From positions 768,001 through 832,000 of the forward strand of contig CAVVLO010000002.1 in NCBI GenBank assembly GCA_963749155.1: 64,000 nt of DNA, read 5' to 3'. A program made the position numbers and the translations under genes. The notes below the pieces were generated by a model. The model had not been told where the DNA came from, made no database searches, and worked only from the letters and a program-made list of their open reading frames with translations. Positions 29,671 through 39,913 of this stretch are shown here, one piece after another. The stretch comes from an uncultured Armatimonadia bacterium. Lineage in GTDB: Bacteria > Armatimonadota > Zipacnadia > CAVVLO01. How positions within the stretch are numbered: position 1 is the stretch's first letter; each line of letters begins with the position of its first letter.

Positions 29671-32600
29671 TCAGTTCCTTAGCAGCTTGATGACTGCGAC
29701 TCCATACGCAGGCAGGCTAAGCTGGAGACTGGCAACTTTACCTTTGGCTTCGCCCTCGCATCCCGAGAGCACAAGCCCCGCGAAAGACTCGAGGCCAACT
29801 TCCGCGGCAGTGAAAGCCAGCGTCCGCTCTACAGGCTGATTCGTCAGGTTGAAGACTGTCAACACAGTGCCTTCATCTGGCAGTGTATGGGCGTGGGTGT
29901 CCTCGGCCAGTCCGTAGAACTCTCCGCGCTTGAAGAAAGCCGCCAGTTCCTGATAGAGCGCCATCGAACGCTTGATCTGCTCCCAACTACGACCGTCCGC
30001 ATGGGTGCCCCCAATGCCCAGGTGACGACAGGTCGATGCGAACCACCACAGCGCCAGGCAGTGCTCATCCTGGGGCCGCAGGTCGATATGCAGATACATC
30101 GGCAGCCCATAGGCGAGGTTGTAATAATAAAGTGAGATAGCCCTGCCCGAGGTGATGTCGTAGAGTGGCCCCCACATAAATTCGTAGCCCCAGCGCTCGG
30201 TCCAGCTCTGGGCATCGTGCATATAGTACTGGGGACAGTAAGCGATAGGGCGGCCTGCCACGACCTGGTCATGCTCCTCGATGATGACGTCAGGATAGGC
30301 AGCGTGGACGTTGCGGGCGATCTCGGCGATCGCCCTGGCGTGGTCGTCGCGCGTATACGGCACTGGATGACCGTGATCTTTGGCGAAGCATGGCCCTGTC
30401 GGAGCAGAGCCATCGAACATCAGATAAGTCACACCGCCCCGGCACAGCTCAATTAGTCGGCGGCTTTGCTCGTCGATATAGGCGCGCGCGCCGCTGCAAA
30501 GCGCGTTGGTCACGACCTCACCGGCCTCGTCCACTCGCCACGCCTCAGATGGATAGGTAGTGCCCGCGCCGCCTCCACTCGCCCAGTCGGCAAGGGGAGT
30601 GTGAAGACTGACCTCCAGCTCGTACTCCTCGCGCATCCGGTGGCAAAACTCGTCCACGGTACCGAGCCGGGCCGCATCCCAGATATGCGTACCGAAGCTG
30701 GTATCCCAGCCCGGGTCGAGGTAGAGGGCCTCACAGTGAGCTTCGTGGGCTTTTTGGGCCTCCCAGAGGATATCTTCCAAACGATAGTATTTCGCGCGAT
30801 TCTCCGGACTGTCTGGCCCCCACCACAGCTTGTTGTCGTAGATCTCATTCCAGTGGACAGGTGGATTGAAGCCCTCTGGGATGCCATGCCCCTGCTCGGT
30901 CATAAACCGACGGAAGGCGTAATAACCCTGCCTGAGGTCACCCTCGTAGCTGTACCAGCGCGTAAGACCCCAATCGTAGCTTGCGCCTGACGCAAGCCAG
31001 CCGGCCTCCTCTGGGTCGCCGTGCCAGGTGCCGAAACCACCCAGCATCAGCTCGGTCCGCGAAGAATCGCCAGGGCCGATCAGGCTCCAGGCCAGATGCT
31101 CGTTTGAGTAGGTCAGCACCAGCGCGCCGCCTGTCTCATCCTGAAGCAGCCAGCCTTCGCTGCCTTTGTTTGTGGTCCGGGCGCGTTCGCCATGGTCGTG
31201 GGGGATATCTCTATATGCCCCCTGCTCGGACAATACCTGGAGCAAGTCGAAATCTTCATCGCTGCCGAGAGGTTCGAGGGGATCATGCCTCAGCGGCACA
31301 GCGATAAAACGCGTGGTGGCAAGCTCGGGCACAGGCAGCCCGCCGGAAACGGCTTGCCGAGCGAAACCGCATCTTAGCCCCGACAGGTTGGCCGGCTCCT
31401 CGCCCCCATTGCTTGTCACCAGGCGCTCTTCGAAGTAGCCCTCTCCCTTCGGAAAGTGTAGCGTGTGCCGGAACTGCACGCCTCCCTGGGCACCCGAGAT
31501 CGTCAGGGTGGCGCCAGACTCGTTTGTGGCAGGCTGGATCGAAGAAATCGCAAGCTCGCCCTCGCCGAAGTGATAGCGATAGGGTTTGTTGGCCAGCACT
31601 TTACTGGTGCGGCGGTCCAGCAGGAGGTCTACTCCCCCCTTGCCAAGGCGCGCCGCGAAGGCTTCGTTGCCAATCCACTGGCCCTCAGGGCTCTCCAGCA
31701 GGAAAGCGCCCGTCTTCGGCAGCCCGGTCAGAACCTCCGCCTGCTGCTGGACTACAAGCTCGGTGGTCAGCGCCACCTGCTCGGAGCGCAATTCGACCTG
31801 GAGCTTTGCGGCTTTGCCGGTAAGAGGGGCGCGCAATTCAAGCTCTCCAAGGGGCCATTGAAGCTCAGTTTCGGCAAGCTGGTTGCCTGACGCATCCAGC
31901 TCGCTGACAGTCACCTGCGCGGGGCCGATTGGATGTTTCACGGTCAATTTTAGAGTCTTGCTGCCAGCTTCGACAGGCCCAAGCAAGACCGGCTCGGTCC
32001 AGGCGAGGTTGGTTAGCGCGGCCAGCGTAAAGGCCTCTTCAGCCCGGAAGGCAAGCTGCAGCGCAGCACCGCGCGGCTTACTGGTAGACAGCTCTACTCC
32101 CCTGCCCTCACTGGCTACACTTGCGCGCACCTCGGTCAGTGTCTGATCAATCAGGACATGGAGCACCTTCCCTTCGGGGAGAGGAGCCTTGTCACGTCCG
32201 AGCTGGACCTGCCCCTCACCAAGTCGCAGTGTCCAGGCTGGTCCATATCCGTTTGGCGCTTTGGCCTCGAGCCCCAGTGTGCCTTCGCCCAGGACGAGGT
32301 CAAACTCCAGGCGCATCAGCCCATCGTCCAGCACTGGTCGAATCCTGGCACTCGCCGCAGGTTCAAGGCTAGTCAGGCGTAGCCAGCCGGCAGCCAGATT
32401 CCACGATAGTCCCTCAGCCTGCAGCGCCTCAATCGAGCCGTCAGCATGGAGGGGCAGCAGGTTGGCCGTGAGCCCACTGGTTACGGGCTCAGGCCGCTCG
32501 GGAAGCGTCTGGAAAGCAGGCAGTTCAACCAGCGCTAGCGCATCATAGGCGCACCAGGAGCCGTCCGTGAGCCACAGGTCGAGTTCGTTCTGGCCCTGGC

Positions 32601-33096
32601 GCAGTGTGGAAGCCTCCAGTGGTATTAGCAACTCTGAGGGGCGCCCGCGATTCTCTCCGTAATAGACTCGTCCATCGCCCAAAGCCAGTTTCTGGGTCAC
32701 TTCGGCGCCTTGGTTCAATCGGGCATGGAAGACACTCGCCATCCCCTCGTGCGTGTCCTGGAAAGCGACTCGCAGCATGAGCTGCCCTTGCGCGGCGCCT
32801 TCCCGATTGAAGCGCACGATATAGTGGTAAACCTCGTGTTTTGCCCAGGAGATGTCAGCCTTGGCGGGATGCAGGAAGGGCCAGTCGGAGGGCTGCGATT
32901 CGCCTACCGTGTAAACAAATCGTCCATCCGGGGCATAGTCCGGCAGTTGATGCGCGCCAGCAGGCCACAGAGCAAAACCGGCGCCTGATTTGTCGAAATC
33001 GCCGATATGCCAAATAGTCCGTAGTTGTCCTGCAAAGCTTGAAGTCGCAAGCAGCAGCGCCGCCAGCACCATCAGGATGCGCAGTTCAGTCAGCAT
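29671..33096 (-). CDS. large secreted protein: N-terminal polysaccharide-lyase-4-domain-III-like module plus C-terminal GH36/GH-D-like barrel
   Basis: Signal peptide, 'IWHIGDFDKSGAGFAL...DWPFLHP..D..WA'; C-term 'PVHWNEIYD', 'LYLDPGW', 'YLMFDG', 'IIEEHD'. Confidence 0.6.
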   Translation of the reverse strand: MLTELRILMVLAALLLATSSFAGQLRTIWHIGDFDKSGAGFALWPAGAHQLPDYAPDGRFVYTVGESQPSDWPFLHPAKADISWAKHEVYHYIVRFNREGAAQGQLMLRVAFQDTHEGMASVFHARLNQGAEVTQKLALGDGRVYYGENRGRPSELLIPLEASTLRQGQNELDLWLTDGSWCAYDALALVELPAFQTLPERPEPVTSGLTANLLPLHADGSIEALQAEGLSWNLAAGWLRLTSLEPAASARIRPVLDDGLMRLEFDLVLGEGTLGLEAKAPNGYGPAWTLRLGEGQVQLGRDKAPLPEGKVLHVLIDQTLTEVRASVASEGRGVELSTSKPRGAALQLAFRAEEAFTLAALTNLAWTEPVLLGPVEAGSKTLKLTVKHPIGPAQVTVSELDASGNQLAETELQWPLGELELRAPLTGKAAKLQVELRSEQVALTTELVVQQQAEVLTGLPKTGAFLLESPEGQWIGNEAFAARLGKGGVDLLLDRRTSKVLANKPYRYHFGEGELAISSIQPATNESGATLTISGAQGGVQFRHTLHFPKGEGYFEERLVTSNGGEEPANLSGLRCGFARQAVSGGLPVPELATTRFIAVPLRHDPLEPLGSDEDFDLLQVLSEQGAYRDIPHDHGERARTTNKGSEGWLLQDETGGALVLTYSNEHLAWSLIGPGDSSRTELMLGGFGTWHGDPEEAGWLASGASYDWGLTRWYSYEGDLRQGYYAFRRFMTEQGHGIPEGFNPPVHWNEIYDNKLWWGPDSPENRAKYYRLEDILWEAQKAHEAHCEALYLDPGWDTSFGTHIWDAARLGTVDEFCHRMREEYELEVSLHTPLADWASGGGAGTTYPSEAWRVDEAGEVVTNALCSGARAYIDEQSRRLIELCRGGVTYLMFDGSAPTGPCFAKDHGHPVPYTRDDHARAIAEIARNVHAAYPDVIIEEHDQVVAGRPIAYCPQYYMHDAQSWTERWGYEFMWGPLYDITSGRAISLYYYNLAYGLPMYLHIDLRPQDEHCLALWWFASTCRHLGIGGTHADGRSWEQIKRSMALYQELAAFFKRGEFYGLAEDTHAHTLPDEGTVLTVFNLTNQPVERTLAFTAAEVGLESFAGLVLSGCEGEAKGKVASLQLSLPAYGVAVIKLLRN

Positions 33097-33176
33097 CAGC
33101 CCAACCTCCGGTCATCGTGCAAATCAAAGACGCACCGGGGTTCGCTTCGAGAAGGCCGCTCCCTGCCTGCGGCAGG

Positions 33177-34182
33177 TCAGCAGATACGTGGCAGCGGGTC
33201 CGCCGCGGGTTGCGGCAATATCCGCTTGACGCCGAATTCGCCCTCGAGGATGACCTTGCCTGACCACTGGGCAGTGGTATGGCCAAATAAGGCCGCCTCG
33301 GGGAAGCCCAATCCGTCTTTGAGGCGCGCAAGCAGCGCCTCGGCACGCTTCTTCCGGCACGACGAGGACCATCTGGCCCTCACAAGGGAGATACAAGGGA
33401 TCGAGTCCCAGCAGCCCACAAGCGGCCTCTACCTCGGGCCGGACAGGCACCGAGGCCCTATTTAGTTCGATTCCGATGCTGCCCACCTGGGCAAACTCGC
33501 TCAGCACCGCGGCAAGCCCGCCCCGGGTCGGGTCGCGCAGCGCAATCAGGGGATAATTTTCCTCAAACAGGGGCAGCAGGCCTGTGAGCGGGCGGCAGTC
33601 GCTCTCAAGTGCAGTCTCGAACTGGAAGCCTTCTCGCACCGAGAAGAGCGCTATCGTGTGGTCACCGACCGGCCCGGTCAGCAGCAGCGCCTGGCCTGGG
33701 GCAAGTCGCCTGGCGTCGGGGACGGGGTCGCACAGTATCTCGCCGACGCCTGCCGTGTTGATGAACAGCCCATCCGCCGCGCCGCGCTGCACGACTTTCG
33801 TGTCGCCCGTCACAACGCGCACGCCTGCGCGCTCAGCCTCCTTGGCCAAAGTCGTGACAATAGTCCTCAAGGTGGAAAAAGGCAGCCCTTCCTCGATGAT
33901 GAAGCCGCAGGAAAGCCACCTAGGCCGCGCTCCTCGGGTCAGCAGATCATTGACCGTGCCGTTAACCGCCAGGCTCCCGATATTCCCGCCTGGGAAGAAG
34001 AGCGGTTGGACTACAAAAGAGTCGGTCGTAAAGGCGATTTTCGTGGTGGCTGGCTCGAGCAACGCGCTGTCGTTCACGCCGATGTCGCCTTCGCCAAAGG
34101 CCGGGCGGAAGACGTCATCTATCAGCGCCTGCATCTTGCGCCCGCCGCTGCCATGGGCCAGCGTTATCAGCTCGTCGCTCAT
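33177..34182 (-). CDS. hypE: hydrogenase maturation carbamoyl dehydratase HypE (frameshift near 33345)
   Basis: 'ITLAHGSGG', 'FTTDSFVV.PLFFPGG.IG.LAVNGTVND', 'TGDTKVV', 'RDPTRGG'; C-terminal 'LPRIC' lies in ORF 33177-33419. Confidence 0.95.
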
Positions 34183-35267
34183 CAGAGGCTCTCCTCCACA
34201 CCGCGATAATTGTAATGGGCCGCGCAAGCGCCTTCACTCGACACCATACAAGGGCCGACGGGCGAGTCGGGCGTGCAGCCGGTTGCGAACAAACCGCATT
34301 CGGCAGGCTCGATGAGCCCTTTCAACACGTCGCCGCACCGGCAGCCGGCTGGCTCGGATTCGATTTCGGGCAGGAAAGGCGCCACCAGTTCGGTCGCATC
34401 ATGCTCCGAGAACTCCTCCCTCAGCCTGTAGCCGCTGCCTGGCAAGGTGCCCAGGCCTCTCCAGCGAGCCTCGCAAGGCTCGAAGGCTTCTCCAAGCAGC
34501 GCCTGAGCAGCGGGGTTGCCCTCTTCTCGCACGATACGCGGGTATTCGTTGTAGATGCCGGCCTTGCCGTCCACGGTAGCCTTTACGGCTTTGTGTACGC
34601 CCCTCACGAGGTCCAGGGGCTCGAAGCCAGTAATGACGCCGACTTTGCCATATTCCTGCGCCAGGAACCTGTATGGTGGAACTCCAATCAGGGCGCTTAC
34701 ATGACCTGGCAGGAGGAACCCATCCAGAGCGAGTGCCGGGTCAGCGACCAGCAACTCCAGCGCCGGCGGGATGAGCTTGTGCACGCACCAGATGCGGAAG
34801 TTGGCCACCTTCCGGCGCGCCGCCTCGCGCAGGGCGATCACGGTGCCGGGTGCGGTAGTCTCAAAACCGACTCCGAGGAAGACGACAATTGCCTTGGGTG
34901 AGTGCTCTGCGAGTTCGACCGCTTCGAGGGGTGAGTAGACAGGCTTCACCCTTGCCCCGCGCGCCGAGGCCTCGGCAAGGCTCCCCTGGCTGCCAGGCAC
35001 CCGCAACATATCGCCATAAGTGGCGAGTATCACATCAGGGCGCGCCTGGCCCAGCGCGATGAAGGCGTCCAGTTCGCCCTGGGCGGTCACACAGACAGGA
35101 CAGCCTGGCCCCGAGGTGAGTCTGATTTGGCGAGGAAGCAACTGCTTGAGGCCCATCTCGGCGATGGCGGTCGTGTGCGTGCCACAAACCTCCATCAGGC
35201 GGAGGGCGGGTGGGTCAAGCGCCCTGATCTCGCCAAGCAGCTTTTCGATTTCGGCGTGGTCGGTCAT
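34182..35267 (-). CDS. hypD: hydrogenase maturation protein HypD
   Basis: 'MEVCGTHT', 'GPGCPVCVT', 'GFETTAP', 'PGHVS', 'GPCMVSSEGACAA'. Confidence 0.97.
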   Translation of the reverse strand: MTDHAEIEKLLGEIRALDPPALRLMEVCGTHTTAIAEMGLKQLLPRQIRLTSGPGCPVCVTAQGELDAFIALGQARPDVILATYGDMLRVPGSQGSLAEASARGARVKPVYSPLEAVELAEHSPKAIVVFLGVGFETTAPGTVIALREAARRKVANFRIWCVHKLIPPALELLVADPALALDGFLLPGHVSALIGVPPYRFLAQEYGKVGVITGFEPLDLVRGVHKAVKATVDGKAGIYNEYPRIVREEGNPAAQALLGEAFEPCEARWRGLGTLPGSGYRLREEFSEHDATELVAPFLPEIESEPAGCRCGDVLKGLIEPAECGLFATGCTPDSPVGPCMVSSEGACAAHYNYRGVEESL

Positions 35268-35480
35268 CTAGAGTCCCGCTCTCTGGAGCCATTCCTCTCG
35301 CGAGGAGGCGTCCTCTGACTCGACTTTACTGATGGCGATGCCCGCGTGCACAAGCACGAAGTCGCCTACGACCACCGTCGGCAGCAGGTCCATCCGCGCT
35401 TTGCGCCGCACGCCCTGGCGCTCACAGAGGGCTTCCACGCCTTCAAGTTCGACCACTTTCATCGGTATGCCCAGACACAT
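35268..35480 (-). CDS. hypC: hydrogenase chaperone HypC
   Basis: 'MCLGIP', 'VGDFVLVHAG.AI'. Confidence 0.96.
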   Translation of the reverse strand: MCLGIPMKVVELEGVEALCERQGVRRKARMDLLPTVVVGDFVLVHAGIAISKVESEDASSREEWLQRAGL

Positions 35481-35481
35481 A

Positions 35482-37737
35482 CTAGCTCAGTCCTGCAAGG
35501 TAAGCCTGGCCCAGTGACAGTCCCCCGTCACTAGCAGGCACCTGTTGATTTGTAAAAACGTATAACTCGGCGGCTTCCAGCCTTGCTGGCACCTTTTCAA
35601 CCAGCGCCACATTCTGAAAACTGCCTCCGGACAGCGCGACCTGGGCAAGGCCCAGCGCCTTTGAAGCCCGCAACACCTGCTGGGTCAAGGCTTCCACCAC
35701 TGTCGTGTGGAAATCAGCGGCAAGCTCTCCTACCGGTTTACCCGCCAGCCTGCCTTCCACCAGTCTGGCAAGGGTTGGGCGGAAATCCAGCAGCCACAGC
35801 CCCTCGCGCTCAGCCAGGTCGAAAGGCAGCGGTGCGCCCACGGCCCCGCCAGTTGCCGCTTCCAGTTCCATAGCGGGCTGGCCTTCGTATTCGGCCTGCC
35901 GGCAGACGCCAAGCAACGCTGAGACCGTATCGAACACCCGGCCCAGGCTGGAGGAGAGTGGCGCGTTAACGCCTAGTTCCAGTTGCTTGTCGATAGCCGC
36001 AAGCTGAGCCTCGCCGAGCCCAAGTTTAAGCGCTTCCGCCTTAGCGTACGCACCTTGCCCGAAGAGCGCAAGCAAGGCTGCGAAAGCCAGTCGCGCCGGT
36101 TCCTTCACCGCCGCGTCCCCGCCCGGCAGCGGTGTTGGCACAAGGCTCCCAACGCGCTGGTAATCGGTGCCCTCACACACCAGCAGCTCCGAGCCCCAAA
36201 AAGTGCCATCTGGCCCATAACCAGTGCCATCCGCAGCCAGCCCAAGCACTGGCCCTTCCAGGCCGTGTTCGGCAACTACACTCGCAATATGCGCGTGATG
36301 ATGCTGGAAGGCTACGCGCTCGATGCCTTCCAGTTCCTCCGCGTACCGGGTGGAGAGATAATCAGGATGCATATCGTATCCGACAATCTCGGGCTTCACG
36401 CGAAGCAGTCGTTCCAGGTGAGCCACTGCGCGACCGAAATACTCGTAGGTCTTGAGGTCGGTCAGGTCGCCGATATGCTGCGACATCACCGCCTGGCCGG
36501 CGTAGGTCAGGCAGAAAGTGTTCTTCCATTCGGCGCCGACCCCAAGCGCAGGTCGCACTGCCCGGGCGAGCTTGATGCCGCGTGGCACATAGCCTCGACT
36601 GCGCCGGATGAGCTGCGTCCCGCGCGCGGTCACTCGGACAACCGAATCGTCGCACGGCACCTCGATGGGGCGGTTATGGTGCAGAAAATGATCGGCAAAT
36701 TGCCCAAGCCTCGCCCGAGCTTCCTCGTTGTCGGAGACGATAGGCTCCTCCGACAGGTTGCCACTGGTCATCACCAGCGTCTCGGGTGACTGCTCGAACA
36801 GGAGCTTATGCAGCGGGGTGTAAGGCAGCATCAGCCCCACCTGACGCTGACCAGGAGCAACAGAACGCGCCAGAGTCGATTCTGGCAGCCACTCGAGCAA
36901 CACAACAGGCCGCTCTACACTGGTGAGCAGCGCCTCCTCTGACTCGGACAGCCGGGCGTGACGGCGGATGACTTCGAGGTCGCGCGCCATCACGGCAAAG
37001 GGCTTGAAATCGCGTCGCTTGCGTTGACGCAGCTTCGCAACCGCCTCGGCGTTTTCCGCATCGCAGGCCAGGTGATATCCCCCAAGCCCCTTGATGGCAA
37101 CCACTTCGCCCCGATGGAGAGCGTCGGCCGCGAGGCGCAAGGCCTCCTCATCAGGCAGGGCCTGGTCATCGAAGGTGAGGTGAGGGCCACAAACCGGACA
37201 GGCGTTGGGCTGGGCGTGGAAGCGGCGGTCTGCTGGCTCCTCATACTCGCGCTGGCACTCCGGGCACATCACGAAACCTGCCATTGTCGTCAGCGGCCTG
37301 TCATACGGGACTTCCTCGATGATGGTGAACCTCGGCCCGCAGTTGGTGCAGTTGGTAAAGGGATAGCCATAGCGCCTGTCAGCCGGGTCGAGCACCTCGC
37401 ACGCGCAGTCGGCGCAGGTGGCGATATCGGGCGGGATGAAGGCGAGCTGAGCCGCTTCGAAGCGACTTTCGATTATTCGGAAATCACTTTCTGCCTCTAC
37501 GAGTGGCAGAATCTCAGTGGTTACCTCATCCAGATGCGCCAGCGGGGGCAGCTCTTCACGAAGGGCGCGCTGGAAGTCCAGGAGTGGTGTTGCTTCTCCC
37601 TGAGCTTCGATGACAACGCCCCTGGAGGTGTTCTGCACCCACCCGGTTAGCTTCCGCTCGGTCGCAAGGCGATACACAAAGGGGCGAAAACCGACCCCTT
37701 GCACCAGTCCCTGCGCCAGCAATCTAACTCGACTCAT
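35482..37737 (-). CDS. hypF: carbamoyltransferase HypF
   Basis: 'GLVQGVGFRPFVY', Zn fingers 'CADC...CTNCGPR', 'RRFHAQPNACPVCGP', 'QHHHAH', 'DGTGYG', 'DGGLSLGQ'. Confidence 0.97.
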   Translation of the reverse strand: MSRVRLLAQGLVQGVGFRPFVYRLATERKLTGWVQNTSRGVVIEAQGEATPLLDFQRALREELPPLAHLDEVTTEILPLVEAESDFRIIESRFEAAQLAFIPPDIATCADCACEVLDPADRRYGYPFTNCTNCGPRFTIIEEVPYDRPLTTMAGFVMCPECQREYEEPADRRFHAQPNACPVCGPHLTFDDQALPDEEALRLAADALHRGEVVAIKGLGGYHLACDAENAEAVAKLRQRKRRDFKPFAVMARDLEVIRRHARLSESEEALLTSVERPVVLLEWLPESTLARSVAPGQRQVGLMLPYTPLHKLLFEQSPETLVMTSGNLSEEPIVSDNEEARARLGQFADHFLHHNRPIEVPCDDSVVRVTARGTQLIRRSRGYVPRGIKLARAVRPALGVGAEWKNTFCLTYAGQAVMSQHIGDLTDLKTYEYFGRAVAHLERLLRVKPEIVGYDMHPDYLSTRYAEELEGIERVAFQHHHAHIASVVAEHGLEGPVLGLAADGTGYGPDGTFWGSELLVCEGTDYQRVGSLVPTPLPGGDAAVKEPARLAFAALLALFGQGAYAKAEALKLGLGEAQLAAIDKQLELGVNAPLSSSLGRVFDTVSALLGVCRQAEYEGQPAMELEAATGGAVGAPLPFDLAEREGLWLLDFRPTLARLVEGRLAGKPVGELAADFHTTVVEALTQQVLRASKALGLAQVALSGGSFQNVALVEKVPARLEAAELYVFTNQQVPASDGGLSLGQAYLAGLS

Positions 37738-38410
37738 CACCGCTCTGTCCTTCTTCCGCGAGCAAAGCGAATACCCGGTCAGCGAGCCAGTCGGCAAGCT
37801 CAGGCAAGCCTTCACCCGTCCGGCGGAAATCCGGAATATCGCCGCGTTCGGGTTCAAGCGCTGCCAGATCGCCGAAATACTCCTCTTCGTTGAAGCCAAA
37901 AGGCTCGGCCAGATCCCATTTGTTTACCACGACGGCATCCGCCTCGCGAAACATCTGCGGATATTTACGCGGCTTGTCCTCGCCTTCGGGCACACTGCCA
38001 ACCACGAGGCGCAGACGCTCGCCAATCCAGATGGCAGCAGGACATACCAGGTTGCCGACATTCTCGGTGAGCACCAGGTTGAAAGGCTGGTCGGCGAGTT
38101 TCTTGAGCGCAGCCACTACGAGGTGCGGCTCCAGGTGGCAGGCGCCGCCAGTCGTTATCTGGACGATAGGCTTCTCAAGGCCGGCCAGTTTTTCAGCGTC
38201 GGTCGTCGTAGCGATGTCGCCTTCAAGGATTGCAATCTGGAAACGCGACTCGAGCAAAGGCACCAGATTGAGCAGCAGAGTAGTCTTGCCCGCCCCGGGA
38301 GAACTCATCAGGTTGACCATCACGGCCCCGCGCGCGGCAAGCCAGTCGGCCACTGTCCTGGCATCGGCCTGGTTCTTCTCCATTATGTTGCGGACGACTT
38401 TGATAAGCAT
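37724..38410 (-). CDS. hypB: Ni-insertion GTPase HypB
   Basis: 'SSPGAGKTTL', 'EGD', 'TGGACHL', 'ENVGNLVCPA', 'EGEDKP.KYP', 'NKWDL'; the tail looks locally frame-garbled. Confidence 0.95.
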   Translation of the reverse strand: MLIKVVRNIMEKNQADARTVADWLAARGAVMVNLMSSPGAGKTTLLLNLVPLLESRFQIAILEGDIATTTDAEKLAGLEKPIVQITTGGACHLEPHLVVAALKKLADQPFNLVLTENVGNLVCPAAIWIGERLRLVVGSVPEGEDKPRKYPQMFREADAVVVNKWDLAEPFGFNEEEYFGDLAALEPERGDIPDFRRTGEGLPELADWLADRVFALLAEEGQSGDESS

Positions 38411-38742
38411 CAGTCTACCTCCAGCTCGACCAACTCGAGGCCCTTGCCAGCCGTTAGCTCAAGCTCCGTCCCCCCACAGACTTCACAGGCGAAAACGCCA
38501 GCTTTGGGCTGGAACTCGGCTCCACATTTGGCGCAGCGACCGGCCAGCTTTTCCAGGACGAACTCCAGACTTGCGCCCTCGGCGAGCGTGCCCTCGGCTA
38601 CCATCGGAAAATAATGCTCGAGGTAATCGGGGCAGAGACCAGCCCATTCGCCGATTTTGACCTTTATTCGGCGGATGCGTCGGCCAGCGCCCTCTTCGAG
38701 CGCGATTCTTACCAGTTCCTGCGTGGCTGGAAATTCATGCAT
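38410..38742 (-). CDS. hypA: Ni metallochaperone HypA
   Basis: 'MHE' N-terminus, CAKC/CEVC Zn site, 'GKGLELVELEVD'. Confidence 0.93.
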   Translation of the reverse strand: MHEFPATQELVRIALEEGAGRRIRRIKVKIGEWAGLCPDYLEHYFPMVAEGTLAEGASLEFVLEKLAGRCAKCGAEFQPKAGVFACEVCGGTELELTAGKGLELVELEVD

Positions 38743-38751
38743 ATTATAATG

Positions 38752-38788
38752 AAAACAGGGAACCGGCCTGATAAGTGCCGGTTCCCTG
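38752..38788 (-). terminator. terminator-like hairpin between the hydrogenase structural genes and hypA
   Basis: CAGGGAACCGGC-N9-GCCGGTTCCCTG-TTTT (12-bp perfect stem). Confidence 0.7.
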
Positions 38789-38811
38789 CGCAAAAGGTTG
38801 AAAAACCGAGC

Positions 38812-39351
38812 CTAGACGGTCTCGACCTTCTCGTAGATAACCATCCCGTCCTCGTCCTGCTTGAGGTCATCCAGGTGGTAGCGCGGAATCGCCAGCTCGA
38901 GTTGCTTGTATTTGATGGGCGCGGTCTGCTTGTCTACCAGGCCAAGCGCGACGGCGACGCCCCAGACGATGGCTTCTGGCCTCGGCGGGCAGCCGGGGAT
39001 GTAGAAATTCACCGGGATGACCTTGTCCAGCGCGCCGATGACATTGTAGGTATCGTTCCAGATACCGCCACCGCAGGCGCAAGAGCCAATGGCAAAGACC
39101 AACTTGGGCTCGGCCATAGCATCGTAAGCGCGCTTGAGCGACTCGGCAGTCGCGCGCGAGGCAGGCCCCTGGCACAGCATCGCATCAGCGTGGCGAGGCG
39201 AGCCTACCAGCTTGATGCCAAACCGTTCGACGTCGTAGAAAGGCGTAAGCACGTTTACGACTTCGATATCACACCCGTTGCAGCCACCACTATTGGCATG
39301 GTACACCCAGATGGAACGGGCGAAAGCTTTCTTGCAGAGTTCCTTAAGCAT
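38812..39351 (-). CDS. hycG: group 4 [NiFe]-hydrogenase small subunit (HycG/NuoB-like)
   Basis: 'GGCNGCDIE', 'GSPRHAD', 'GSCACGGG', 'YIPGCPPRPEAI'. Confidence 0.92.
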   Translation of the reverse strand: MLKELCKKAFARSIWVYHANSGGCNGCDIEVVNVLTPFYDVERFGIKLVGSPRHADAMLCQGPASRATAESLKRAYDAMAEPKLVFAIGSCACGGGIWNDTYNVIGALDKVIPVNFYIPGCPPRPEAIVWGVAVALGLVDKQTAPIKYKQLELAIPRYHLDDLKQDEDGMVIYEKVETV

Positions 39352-39371
39352 CTTTCTCTCCCCAGTCCTGC

Positions 39372-39896
39372 CTAGTCAAGCTCGAGTTTGATATCGTCGG
39401 CTGCCTCATCACCCTCGAGGTAGCTCTCGGAGTCATACACGAACAACTCGTTTTCCAGGTCGTCGAAGCGGAAACCCTTCAGCTTGAGCTGCTCGAGCGG
39501 GCTTGGCTCCTTGAAACAGCGCCCACAGCGCTGGCAGGTGCCCATAAAGATCTCGAGCTCCTGGCTGATGTCCCGGATATCATTTGTGGCATTCTGAAAC
39601 TCGTGGCTCATCGTGATGGCGCCCTCGGGACACACGTCAGCACAGCGGCCGCAATAGGTGCAGCGGCGACCGATGTACTTTATGATCCGCTTTTCCTGGC
39701 AAAGATCCAATACCAGGATCTCGCGCGCAGGGCAGTTGTTGGCGCAACCCGCGCACCCGATGCACTTGGAGCCATCGAAGATAGGCCGTCCGCGGAACCG
39801 TTCGGGCACTGGTTCGGCCTTGGCCGGATACGGCAAGGTGACCTTGCCGGCCTTCAGGCAGAAAACTGCTTCTTTGAGCTTGCTAGTAAGCGACAT
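39372..39896 (-). CDS. hycF: 2x[4Fe-4S] subunit (HycF/NuoI-like)
   Basis: 'RFRGRP', 'CIGCAGCANNCP', 'CTYCGRCADVCP', extra 'CQRCG'. Confidence 0.88.
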   Translation of the reverse strand: MSLTSKLKEAVFCLKAGKVTLPYPAKAEPVPERFRGRPIFDGSKCIGCAGCANNCPAREILVLDLCQEKRIIKYIGRRCTYCGRCADVCPEGAITMSHEFQNATNDIRDISQELEIFMGTCQRCGRCFKEPSPLEQLKLKGFRFDDLENELFVYDSESYLEGDEAADDIKLELD

Positions 39897-39913
39897 TCGA
39901 TATCACTCCGCGA

